64,000 nt of DNA from the NCBI GenBank assembly GCA_963843745.1, contig CAWJLP010000005.1, forward strand, positions 214,014 to 278,013, read 5' to 3'. The position numbers were made by a program, and so were the translations under genes. Of this stretch, positions 15,137 through 23,727 are shown in pieces. Source of the stretch: an uncultured Actinomycetota bacterium. Its GTDB lineage: Bacteria; Actinomycetota; Actinomycetes; Streptosporangiales; Streptosporangiaceae. Each line of letters opens with the position of its first letter. Within the stretch, counting starts at the first letter, position 1. The notes beneath the pieces were generated by a model. The model was not told the origin of the DNA, made no database searches, and saw nothing but the letters and a program-made list of their open reading frames with translations.

Positions 15137-15487
15137 GTGATATCCGTACTTTTATACCCACGAGGTCGCCAGTTGCCAGTGGGGTGCCCGCCTGCCGGTA
15201 AGCCGGGTTCGCTGACCGCTCTCGGTCGCGGGTCCAGCGGTGATCGGCGTCGCCGCCCAGGACGCCAAGGGCGGCCCGGGCGGTGATCTTGACCCACCTT
15301 CTCTGCGACCTCGCCAGCCTCGTTGGCCAGGCCAAGCATCGGATAGACGATGGGTGATCGAGGGCCGCGGAATTGACAAAAAATCTTGAGGACAGCTGTC
15401 CTTGGAGGCCTCGATTGTCGGACCTGCTCGATACGGTGTTCCTATAGAAAAGAATTGATGGAAGATCATCCGAACGGAGTAACGTAA

Positions 15488-17422
15488 GTGTCTGAGATCT
15501 CGTTCCCCGGTCCCGGGTCAGACGGCGAGCAGCCGCCGCCCGTCGGTCCGGCGCGGGACGAGGCCGCGGGCATGCCGGCCGGGGTGCCGGAGGATGACTG
15601 GGACGGCGACGCGGAGATGGCCGCCTATATCGCGGACCTGGACGCGGGCCGGGCCCGGATCCCCGAAGAATGGGAAATCGAGGGCCCGGCCGCGACCATC
15701 GGCCTCGGCGACGCCGCCGACGTCGACCTTGTAGAGCTGGCTGCCATGCTGGGGCCGGACGGGCTGGGCGGGGAGGTGTTCGCCCGGGACCGGTCCGCGG
15801 ACGCGATGCGGCCCGGGCCGGTGCTGGCCGCGCTGACCGAGCAGGCGACCGGGGACCTGGGCCGGCTGACCGATAACCAGGTCATCGGCGCGATGTCGGC
15901 GGCGCGGCGGCTGGCGGCCCGCGCCGCCTGGCTGGAACTGGCCGCGGTCGCGGAGTTCACCCGCCGCCGCGAGGCCCAGCTGGCTGACGCGACGGCGCGC
16001 GGGGTGCCGCGCGGCTGCCGGGACGGGGAGTTCCCCGACGCCGAGCTGGCATGGAGCTGGTCACCTCGCCGGGCGCCGCCCGCGACCAGATGGATCTGGC
16101 CACCGACCTGGAAACGCGGCTGCCGCGCACCTGGGCCGCGCTGGGCGCCGGGCTGATCGATGAGTACCGGGCCCGGCTGATCTGGCGGCCCACCCGGCAC
16201 CTGACCGACGCCGACGCCGCCTACGCCGATGAGATCCTCGCCGCGCTGGCGCCCGGGCTGCGCTATGACCGGCTGGCCCGCAAGGCGGTCGCGGTGGCGA
16301 TGAAACTCGACCCCGAGCGCGTTCCAGCGCGGCAAGGACCAGCAGCGGCGCGACCGGCAGCGGGTGGTGGCCGGGCGGGAAGAATCCGGCAACGCCTACC
16401 TGTCCGGCCGCGAGCTGGCCATCGAGGACGCGCTGGCGTCCAAGGCGCACATCGACGCGCTGGCGGTCGCGCTGCGCAAGGGCGGGCTGCCCGGCACCCT
16501 GCAGCAGCTGCGGGTGCTGGCGTTCAACGACCTGACCCAGGGCCGCGACCCCCGCGACCGGCTCACCAGCCCCGGGCCCGCTGACGAGGCCCGGCAGGAC
16601 AGCACCGCAGCAGGCGGTACACCCGGCGACGGCGACGGCGATGGCGACGGCGATGATGCCAGCTGGGACGGCTGCCCCGACCTGCCCGAATGGCAGCACG
16701 AACGCCGCGGCACCACCGAAGACGACGACCACCCGGACGATGCTCCCGGCGCCCCGGCCGGGCCGCCCGCGCCGTTCCCGGCGCTGATCAACCTCACCGT
16801 TCCCGCAGGCAATATCTTCGGCTGGTCCTCCGCCCCCGGCGAGGCCGGCAGCTGGGGACTGACCGACCCCGACGACACCCGCCGCCTGGTCCAGGCCGCC
16901 TCCGCCCATCCCCGCACCCGCTGGTGCTTCACCCTCCTCGGGCCCGACGGCACCGCGGTCGCGCACGGCTGCGCCCGCGGCCCCCACCCCTGGATACCCC
17001 CGCCGGCCAGCGCAGCACGAAACCGCGACGGACCCGACCAACAGCAGGCCGCGGCGCTCGCAGACTTCCTGCGCGGCCTCAACGTCACCTTCACCCCCAT
17101 CGCCAGCGGGACCTGCGACCACGCCGGCCGCGAAGACCGCTACACCCCCAGCAGGAAACTCCAGCACCTGGTCCGGGCCCGCACCGCCCGGTGCACCGCG
17201 CCCGGCTGCGGCGCCCAGGCCGTGCACTGCGACCTGGACCACACCCTCGCCTACCCCGCCGGGATCACCTGCCAGTGCGACCTGGCCCCCGCCTGCCGAC
17301 GGCACCACCGCGTCAAGCAAGCACCCGGCTGGACACTCACCCAGCCCCAGCCCGGCGTCATGACCTGGACCACGCCCGCCGGACGCAGCTACACCACCCG
17401 GCCCACCGTCTACGAGCAATGA
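15488..17422 (+). pseudogene. DUF222 / HNH endonuclease gene (13E12-repeat type) with two compensating frameshifts
   Basis: The N-terminus is in the frame of 15488..16156 up to ...GEFPDAELA. The middle part (MELVTSPGAARDQMDLATDLETRLPRTWAALGAGLIDEYRARLI...LDPER) is in the frame of 16051..16584. The C-terminal part is back in the first frame (16364..17422) and carries the HNH block CTAPGCGAQAVHCDLDHTLAYP...CRRHHRVK. Confidence 0.75.
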
Positions 17423-17444
17423 AGATCCTGCGTGCGCTTGCCTG

Positions 17445-17873
17445 CTAGCGGGAGCGCTTGCGGCATCGGGCTCGGGTCCTGGCCACGAGCCACGCGGCTG
17501 CCGCCATGACCAGTGAGAGCAGTGCGGCGAGCGCTGGGTGCTCCAGTACGGGCGCGAGGCCCGGACCGAGCGAGCGGCGGGACTTTGGGCCGGGGTGTGC
17601 CGGGCGCTCGTCGGGAGGCGTGTGCCGCTCGGTCGCGCGGCGGTCCGCTTCGGCCTGGGAAAGCAGGCCCACATGAACCCGGGCGCGGTCTTCCGCGTCC
17701 GCGGCAAGATTGGTCGCCTGCCGGAGGGCGTCCAGCATCCGCTGTGCCTCCGCCAGGGCCTCGGCGTCCCCCACGTCTACGCTCTCCAGCAACCTGGCCC
17801 GGGCGACTTCAGCGATCTTCCAGGCCTGCTGGACCTCCGGATCGCGCCGGACGGCCTCTTCCTGCTCGCCCAT
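17445..17873 (-). CDS. Hypothetical tail-anchored protein
   Basis: Lies within ORF 17445..17951; the likely start is ATG 17873 (MGEQEEAV). It has good GC3 usage, a helical acidic N-terminal part and one C-terminal TM helix (ALAALLSLVMAAAAWLVA). I recognise no family. Confidence 0.5.
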   Translation of the reverse strand: MGEQEEAVRRDPEVQQAWKIAEVARARLLESVDVGDAEALAEAQRMLDALRQATNLAADAEDRARVHVGLLSQAEADRRATERHTPPDERPAHPGPKSRRSLGPGLAPVLEHPALAALLSLVMAAAAWLVARTRARCRKRSR

Positions 17874-18146
17874 CACCACGTCCTCGGCTAGCAACGAACG
17901 CTGTAAGCCTGTCGGCTCCAGTCTTATTAAGAGACAAACCTTCGCAATCATAAGGACTCATACGGTCGGGTGGGTCGTGATGAGCCATCGCCATAGAACA
18001 GGAAACGCCCGTGTGACATCCCCTCTGTAAGGGGGTGCCGGGGAACGTGGTGGCTACGGTGGCCGTGATGAAGCTGACACTGAAGTCAGAGGGAACCCTG
18101 AGCAGTGCGCATCACCTGGAACTGCGCGCTCTACTAGCCTGGCCGC

Positions 18147-18632
18147 ATGCTCAATAGGGTCATGTCGCTCGTCCACCTCGACTTCGCGCCGAACCACGAG
18201 CAGCCGCAGGCGGGACGGGTTGCGCTGGCGACCATCGTGTCGCTCGTCGGCTCGCTTCTGGCCGACGCCGTCCTCGTAGTCATCGCGCAGGCCCTGATCC
18301 CCAGCACCAAGGGGTACGCGCACTTCCAGTTCGGCGATTACGCCAAGCTGACCGTGATCGGCGTGCTCATCGCGTGCGCTGCCTGGCCGGTCACGACCAG
18401 GATCACGTCACAGCCGCGGTGGATGTTCTTCCGGATGGCGGTCCTCGTCACGCTCGTCCTGTGGCTGCCGGACGTCTACATCCTCATGAAGGGACAGCCG
18501 GGGAAGGCGGTCGCCGTCCTGTTTGTTATGCATCTGGCGATCGCGGTCGTTACCTACAACGCGCTCGTGCGCCTCGCGCCGGTCCGCACGCGGGTACACC
18601 AGCCCCGGCACGCGCAGCCGGTTACCCGGTGA
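18147..18632 (+). CDS. Hypothetical integral membrane protein (four predicted helices)
   Basis: 161-aa ORF with four hydrophobic stretches (VALATIVSLVGSLLADAVLVVIA, LTVIGVLIACAAWPV, MFFRMAVLVTLVLWL, AVAVLFVMHLAIAVV). Confidence 0.6.
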   Translation: MLNRVMSLVHLDFAPNHEQPQAGRVALATIVSLVGSLLADAVLVVIAQALIPSTKGYAHFQFGDYAKLTVIGVLIACAAWPVTTRITSQPRWMFFRMAVLVTLVLWLPDVYILMKGQPGKAVAVLFVMHLAIAVVTYNALVRLAPVRTRVHQPRHAQPVTR

Positions 18633-18697
18633 GGGTAGACTTACGCAACAGTAGGTCGCTCGGTGAGCGAATCGGTTTCCACGGACGTGGCGCCACA

Positions 18698-18730
18698 GTC
18701 AACGTGACCGGACGAACGGTCAACGTGACC
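18698..18730 (+). promoter_or_regulatory. Direct repeat of a 12-nt box (GTCAACGTGACC x2, 21-nt period) upstream of the DEAD-box helicase gene
   Basis: The copies lie at 18698..18709 and 18719..18730. Each box has palindromic arms GTCA/TGAC. They sit 46-78 nt upstream of the ORF start. Confidence 0.35.
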
Positions 18731-18775
18731 ACCTGAGTTAATGCGGCCACCCCCGAGTCCTGGAGACGATTTCTT

Positions 18776-20593
18776 TTGACTGCCATGCCAGCAGAGAACT
18801 CTGCCGTGCGCCAAACCACCTTCGCGTCCCTCGGGGTACCAGCCTCGCTGGTTGCCGTGCTCGACGACGAGGGCATCACTACCCCGTTCCCGATCCAGGA
18901 GGCGACGCTCCCCGACGCTCTCGCCGGACGCGACATCCTGGGCCGGGCGCAGACCGGCTCAGGCAAGACGCTGGGCTTCGCGCTCCCGCTCGTCGCGCGG
19001 CTCGCCGGCGGCCGGACCGCGGCCGGGCGGCCGCGCGGGCTGATACTCGTGCCGACGCGTGAGCTCGCGACCCAGGTACACGGGGTGCTCAAGCCACTGA
19101 CCAAGGCAATGCGCCTGTGGGTGACGACCATCTACGGCGGGGTCTCGCAAGGCCCGCAGGTCAACGCACTGCAGCGGCGGACGGACATCATCGTCGCCAC
19201 CCCAGGCCGGCTCGCCGACCTGATCGGGCAGGGGCACTGCGACCTGTCGGACGTCGAGATCACCGTCATCGACGAGGCGGACCAGATGGCCGACCTGGGG
19301 TTCCTCCCCGTTGTCCGGCGGCTGCTCGAGGCCACGCCGTCCGACGGGCAGCGGCTGCTGTTTTCCGCGACGCTCGACAGTGCCATCGACGTGCTCGCCC
19401 GCCGGTTCCTCACCGACCCGGCGCGCCACTCGGTCGACGAGAACTCCTCCCCCGCCGAGATCGAGCACCACGTGATCACCGTCGCCCACGGAAACCGGGT
19501 GGAGGTCATCGCGGCGCTGGCCGGCGGTGACAAGCGATCGCTGGTCTTCACTCGCACGAAGCACGGCGCGGAGCGGCTTGCCCGGCAGCTCACCGCCGCC
19601 GGGATCCCCGCGGCCGAACTGCACGGCAACCTGAGGCAGGGCGCCAGGTCGCGGAACCTCGCCGCGTTCGGATCCGGGGCGGTGCGGGTCATGGTCGCTA
19701 CCGACATCGCCGCCCGCGGCATCCACGTCGACGGGATCAACCTGGTCATCCACGCCGATCCGCCCGCTGAGCACAAGGCCTACCTGCACCGCTCTGGCCG
19801 CACCGCGCGGGCTGGCGCCGACGGCGTGGTGGTAACCATGCAGACAGCCGCACAGGCCCGCGAAGTGCGCGACCTGATGCGGAAGGCAGGCGTGACCCCG
19901 CAGGTTGCCGACGCCGACCCGGATTCCGCGGTGGTGCGCGAGATCGCCGGCCCGCCCGCCCAGCGGGTAACGCTGCTCAACCGGGTGACCGACCTGGTGC
20001 AGCCCGAGGACCGGCTGTCCGAACAGCCCGGCGCGCGGCAGCCCGGTGCCGGCCGGCCCGGCAGGGGCAAGCCACGGCAGCGCCCCGCCCGTGCCAATGG
20101 CGCGGGGCGATCGTCACGTGCGCAATACGGGCCGCCGGACCGCGCGGCCCGGCAGTCCGGGGGCGAGCCGCGGTATGGCCAGCGTGACCGTGCCGACCAG
20201 GGGTCCGGCGACCGCGGCGAGCAGACCGTCCGGCAGTTCAGCGACCGCGGTGACCGGCCTGGACGTCGGTTCGACGACCGCGGCGACCGGCCCGCCCGGC
20301 AGTTCGAGGACCGCAATGACCGGCCTGCCCGGCAGTTCAATGACCGTGGTGAGCGGACCGCGCAGCGGTCCGACGATTCGGGTCAGCGCGGGCAGTGGGG
20401 CGGTCGCGAGCGCGGTGAGTGGGCGCCTGCGGGGCGTTCCTCTGGCGCTGCCGGCGGACGGTCGTGGCGCGGCAACGGAGCGGGCCCTGAGTCGGGGTCG
20501 CGCCGGGGCGGAGCAGGGGACCGTTCTGGGTATGCGGGGCGGCGGAGCGCGGGCGGCGACCGGCGGAACTCGGGGCAGGGACGGCATCCCTGA
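18776..20593 (+). CDS. DEAD-box ATP-dependent RNA helicase with an Arg/Gly/Asp-rich repetitive C-terminal tail
   Basis: It has a Q-motif region (FASLGVP...TPFPIQ), motif I AQTGSGKT, motif II DEAD (VIDEADQM), SAT, and HRSGRTARAG. The first ATG in frame is at 18785. Confidence 0.92.
   Translation: MTAMPAENSAVRQTTFASLGVPASLVAVLDDEGITTPFPIQEATLPDALAGRDILGRAQTGSGKTLGFALPLVARLAGGRTAAGRPRGLILVPTRELATQVHGVLKPLTKAMRLWVTTIYGGVSQGPQVNALQRRTDIIVATPGRLADLIGQGHCDLSDVEITVIDEADQMADLGFLPVVRRLLEATPSDGQRLLFSATLDSAIDVLARRFLTDPARHSVDENSSPAEIEHHVITVAHGNRVEVIAALAGGDKRSLVFTRTKHGAERLARQLTAAGIPAAELHGNLRQGARSRNLAAFGSGAVRVMVATDIAARGIHVDGINLVIHADPPAEHKAYLHRSGRTARAGADGVVVTMQTAAQAREVRDLMRKAGVTPQVADADPDSAVVREIAGPPAQRVTLLNRVTDLVQPEDRLSEQPGARQPGAGRPGRGKPRQRPARANGAGRSSRAQYGPPDRAARQSGGEPRYGQRDRADQGSGDRGEQTVRQFSDRGDRPGRRFDDRGDRPARQFEDRNDRPARQFNDRGERTAQRSDDSGQRGQWGGRERGEWAPAGRSSGAAGGRSWRGNGAGPESGSRRGGAGDRSGYAGRRSAGGDRRNSGQGRHP
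20231..20362 (+). repeat. 33-bp tandem repeat x4 encoding RQF-x-DRGDRPA units in the helicase tail
   Basis: The units are 20231..20263, 20264..20296, 20297..20329 and 20330..20362. They encode RQFSDRGDRPG, RRFDDRGDRPA, RQFEDRNDRPA and RQFNDRGERTA. Confidence 0.9.
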
Positions 20594-20784
20594 CCTGCAG
20601 TCGCGCAGTCGCGGCACCTTTCCGGTCTAGGACGCCGTTTGTTGCCGCCAGATAGGGTAGATTGGCGTTGGCTGTTGGCGGACTTAGTGATCGCACATAC
20701 AACTGCCGTTTAGCAGCGGGTATACCGCGCTGATCCGCGCGAAGTGCACGGATCTAGGCTCATCTCGAAGGACACGTAGGAAAA

Positions 20785-20988
20785 ATGGCTCAGGGGACCG
20801 TAAAGTGGTTCAACGCGGACAAGGGCTATGGTTTCATCGCCCCCGATGACGGTAGCGCGGACGTCTTCGTCCACTTCTCCGCGATCGAGGCGAATGGATA
20901 CCGCAGCCTCGAAGAAAACCAGAAGGTCGAGTACAGCGTGACCCAGGGCCCCAAGGGCCCGCAGGCCGCGCAGGTCCGCGCCGTCTGA
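20785..20988 (+). CDS. cspA: Cold-shock protein (CspA family)
   Basis: [34 protein letters not shown] carries the RNP1/RNP2 motifs. It is 67 aa long and is preceded by a roughly 190-nt lower-GC leader. Confidence 0.97.
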   Translation: MAQGTVKWFNADKGYGFIAPDDGSADVFVHFSAIEANGYRSLEENQKVEYSVTQGPKGPQAAQVRAV

Positions 20989-21032
20989 CGGGCGCTCGTC
21001 CGGTCGCCTAGGCGACCATTTCAGTTCACTTG

Positions 21033-21083
21033 ACAGGTGGCGGGTTAGCGCCAAGCGCGAAGCCCGCCACCTGTATTATTTCC
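21033..21083 (+). terminator. Intrinsic terminator candidate after cspA
   Basis: acaggtggcggg (21033..21044) pairs with cccgccacctgt (21063..21074), and the stem is followed by attatttcc. A second short palindrome, ggtcgcctaggcgacc, lies at 21002..21017. Confidence 0.65.
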
Positions 21084-21112
21084 GGTCGCGCCTTATGCGA
21101 TAGCATGTTCGC

Positions 21113-21787
21113 ATGACCGTCGTTACCGTGCAGGAGTCGCTGCTCGACTTGGCGGACGATCCGGCACCGGGTCCGCTGCGACCAGAGCGTGTACCGCTCG
21201 CGCACGGGGCTTGGGTGGACGTGCAGCGGGGGTGGCTGGCCGGATCCGGCGCGCTTTTCGCGGGGCTCGCGGAGCGGGTGCCGTGGCGGGCCGAGCGGCG
21301 CCGGATGTACGACCGCACGGTCGACGTGCCCCGGCTGCTGTGCTTCTACGGGGAAGACGCGGAACTGCCCGATCCCGTCCTTGCCGCGTGCCGCGACCGG
21401 CTCAGCGAGCACTATCGTGCCGAGCTGGGCGAGCCGTTCCGCACGGCGGGGCTGTGCCTGTACCGGGACGGGCGGGACAGCGTCGCGTGGCACGGCGACA
21501 CCATCGGACGCGGCAGCACCGAGGACACGATGGTCGCGATCGTGTCGCTGGGCACCGCGCGCCCGCTGCTGCTCCGGCCGCGCGCCGACGGCGGCGCCGG
21601 CATCGGCACCGGCACCGGCACCGGCACCGGCGGCAATGACGGCACACTGCGGTACAGCCTCGGGCACGGCGACCTGATCGTCATGGGCGGCAGCTGCCAG
21701 CGCACCTGGGAGCACGCCGTGCCCAAGTCCGCGCGGACGACGGGGCCACGGATCAGCATCCAGTTCCGCCCGCGCGGCGTCCGCTGA
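21113..21787 (+). CDS. alkB: AlkB-like 2OG/Fe(II) dioxygenase (alkylated DNA repair type)
   Basis: The motifs are VDVPRLLCFYG, LCLYRDGRDSVAWHGD (HxD) and HAVPK...RISIQFRP. The protein carries a Gly/Thr insertion (see the repeat at 21605). Confidence 0.8.
   Translation: MTVVTVQESLLDLADDPAPGPLRPERVPLAHGAWVDVQRGWLAGSGALFAGLAERVPWRAERRRMYDRTVDVPRLLCFYGEDAELPDPVLAACRDRLSEHYRAELGEPFRTAGLCLYRDGRDSVAWHGDTIGRGSTEDTMVAIVSLGTARPLLLRPRADGGAGIGTGTGTGTGGNDGTLRYSLGHGDLIVMGGSCQRTWEHAVPKSARTTGPRISIQFRPRGVR
21605..21628 (+). repeat. Hexanucleotide microsatellite (GGCACC)x4 inside alkB
   Basis: ggcaccggcaccggcaccggcacc encodes GTGTGTGT within ...ADGGAGIGTGTGTGTGGNDG... Confidence 0.95.
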
Positions 21788-21823
21788 CCCACGGCCCGTC
21801 AGGGCGCCCGCCGCCATTAGGCT

Positions 21824-23650
21824 CTAGGCATTGTGAACGCGTTCCCGTTGCTGGTGGCTAGCGACCTGGACGGGACCATTGTCCGCAGCGACGGGACGAT
21901 CTCGGCGCGCACCGTGGCGGCGTTCGCGCGGGTGGAGGCGGCGGGGGCACGGTTCGCGCTGGTCACCGGGCGGCCGCCACGGGTGATGCGGGGAATCGCG
22001 GAGACGTTCGGGCAGCGAGGGACGGCGATCTGCTCCAACGGGGCGGTCGAGTACGACATGCGCACCGGCACGGTCACCGCACGGCACCTGATCCAGCCGG
22101 AGCAGCTCGCCGCGGCGGCGCGGGCGCTGCGGGCCGCGATCCCCGGCATCGGGCTCGCCGTCGAGCGCCCGGACGGGCGCGCGGCCGACGACCTGTACCA
22201 GGCGGTCAGCTGGGACGCCAACGCGACCATCCCGCGCCCCGGTGACCGGGCGCTGTTCGGCGAGCCAGCCGCCAAGCTGCTCGCCAGGCACCTCGGCTAC
22301 AGCCCTGACGAACTGCTCGCGCTGGCCCTGCCGGTGCTCGACGGACTGGTCAGCGTCACGCACTCCAACGGCACGGGGCTCATCGAGGCCGCCGCCGCCG
22401 GGGTCAGCAAGGCCAGCGCGATCGCCGAGCTCGCGGCCGCCCGCGGCATCAGCGCGGCGCAGGTCATCGCGTTCGGCGACATGCCGAACGACCTGCCGCT
22501 GCTCACCTGGGCAGGCGTCTCCTGCGCGGTCGCCAACGCGCACCCGGCGGTGCTCGCCGCCGCGACCCGCGTCATCGGCGGCCACGACGACGACGGGGTG
22601 GCCGAGCACCTGGAGGGGTTGTACCCGTAACTGATTCATCAGATCATCGGGCGGGCGGCGCGGGGTGCTCGCCGCGGTGGCCGCGCGGCCGAACTGCAGC
22701 AGCATCTGCGGGTCGCCCGGCAGCCTCAGCTGATCGCAGATCAGCTCCCTGGTGAGCGGGTTCTCCAGCGGCTGGGTGTACAGGCTGGCGAACACCCACG
22801 CGCTCGCCGCGTGCAGCAGCAGGCGCTGCAGCGCCTGCCCGGCGCGCAGCCAGTCGGCGCGGTGGTCGCCGGCCGTCAGCAGGACCGCGGTCGCCGCCGG
22901 GGGCGCTCCGCCGCCAGGCAGCAGGCCCAGGTCCCTGCCGAGGTCGAAATCACGCTGCGGCAGCCGTCCGGGCTCCGCCGCGGCCGTCCCGGCGACCAGG
23001 GCGGTCGCGGGAAGGCCGTCCGCCGCCGGATTCCGCTGGCTTCTCGTCCACCGCCGTATCCCGGCGCGCTCGCCGGGATCCAGGTCCGCGCGGCGGGCGG
23101 CGGCGGCCAGCCTGGCCAGCCGGTCGGCGGGCAGGCCGTCGCCGACGAGCGCGAGCGTCGCGCCTTCGGTCAGCGCGTCGTTCTGCAGCCCCGCGAGCAG
23201 CCCTGGCGGCAGCGGCTCCGCCAGGAAGGGGCCGCGATGGGTGTGCCGGTGCGGCACGGCGGCGAGCATGCGCCGTTCCAGCTCGTTCAGCGCGATGGCA
23301 CGCGCGCCCGTCGCGACCCGCACCCGGGCCAGCAGCCTCAGCTGGGACGGATCCGGCAGCAGGTCGGTCACGGGCAGGTGCCCGAGAGACCGGACCGCCA
23401 GCCGCAGCCCGAACAGCGCCGCACCGCAGCTGATCAGCACCTCCCGGCCGATCGCGTCGTCCCGCGTCTTGCGGGCGGGATCGGCCCACAGCTCGACCGC
23501 GTCCGCGTCCACCCGGAACCGCCACGGCTGACTGTTATGGATCGACGGCGCCCGGGCCGCCGTGGCGATCAGGTAGCGGGCGTTGCTGGCCAGAAGCCGC
23601 GCTTGTTCCGCCGCGGCCGCCGGGGCCAGGCTGGGTTGCCGGTAGCTCAT
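21824..23650 (-). CDS. Acg-type nitroreductase-family protein. The homologous part is only about 22634..23650, and the ORF has no stop there and runs antisense through the HAD gene
   Basis: The N-terminal 338 aa (APSIHNSQPWRFRV...LLQFGRAATAASTPRRPPDDLMN) look like a complete tandem nitroreductase-fold protein. Downstream residues are antisense to a well-supported gene. A tandem TGA TGA sits one nucleotide out of frame at 22636..22641. Confidence 0.6.
   Translation of the reverse strand: MSYRQPSLAPAAAAEQARLLASNARYLIATAARAPSIHNSQPWRFRVDADAVELWADPARKTRDDAIGREVLISCGAALFGLRLAVRSLGHLPVTDLLPDPSQLRLLARVRVATGARAIALNELERRMLAAVPHRHTHRGPFLAEPLPPGLLAGLQNDALTEGATLALVGDGLPADRLARLAAAARRADLDPGERAGIRRWTRSQRNPAADGLPATALVAGTAAAEPGRLPQRDFDLGRDLGLLPGGGAPPAATAVLLTAGDHRADWLRAGQALQRLLLHAASAWVFASLYTQPLENPLTRELICDQLRLPGDPQMLLQFGRAATAASTPRRPPDDLMNQLRVQPLQVLGHPVVVVAADDAGRGGEHRRVRVGDRAGDACPGEQRQVVRHVAERDDLRRADAAGGRELGDRAGLADPGGGGLDEPRAVGVRDADQSVEHRQGQREQFVRAVAEVPGEQLGGWLAEQRPVTGARDGRVGVPADRLVQVVGRAPVRALDGEPDAGDRGPQRPRRRGELLRLDQVPCGDRAGAHVVLDRPVGADRRPSLPERLRDSPHHPWRPPGDQREPCPRRLHPRERRHGARRDRPVAADNGPVQVASHQQRERVHNA
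21833..22630 (+). CDS. HAD-superfamily hydrolase, Cof-type (subfamily IIB)
   Basis: The motifs are LVASDLDGTIV (motif I), VTGRPP and FGDMPNDLPLL (motif IV). Confidence 0.85.
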   Translation: MNAFPLLVASDLDGTIVRSDGTISARTVAAFARVEAAGARFALVTGRPPRVMRGIAETFGQRGTAICSNGAVEYDMRTGTVTARHLIQPEQLAAAARALRAAIPGIGLAVERPDGRAADDLYQAVSWDANATIPRPGDRALFGEPAAKLLARHLGYSPDELLALALPVLDGLVSVTHSNGTGLIEAAAAGVSKASAIAELAAARGISAAQVIAFGDMPNDLPLLTWAGVSCAVANAHPAVLAAATRVIGGHDDDGVAEHLEGLYP

Positions 23651-23707
23651 TCCCTGACGATCACGCGGCTCCCGGGACGGCGCCAGGGTCGTTGGCCGCG
23701 CGGCGGC

Positions 23708-23721
23708 GGGACGAAGGTCCC
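23708..23721. promoter_or_regulatory. DosR/DevR-like palindrome GGGAC-GAAG-GTCCC upstream of the nitroreductase gene
   Basis: gcGGGACGAAGGTCCCcg lies 58-71 nt upstream of ATG 23650. It matches the GGGAC-N4-GTCCC core of the mycobacterial DosR box TTSGGGACTWWAGTCCCSAA, quoted from memory. The flanks do not match. Confidence 0.3.
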
Positions 23722-23727
23722 CGGCGG

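Noticed and set aside
15150-15339. A MazG-like nucleotide pyrophosphohydrolase fragment (MLGLANEAGEVAEKV...) on the minus strand.
   Set aside because: Only about 15 residues resemble the EAGE motif region, and the rest does not continue in any frame. That is too little to call a feature, so it is mentioned only as context for the decayed patch.
17952-18146. Possible tRNA or other small RNA genes in lower-GC intergenic patches (17952..18146, 20594..20784, 48552..48952).
   Set aside because: By eye I found no T-loop (GGTTCGAATCC-like) or acceptor/anticodon-stem architecture. 20594..20784 is better explained as the cspA leader, and 48552..48952 as a divergent promoter region.
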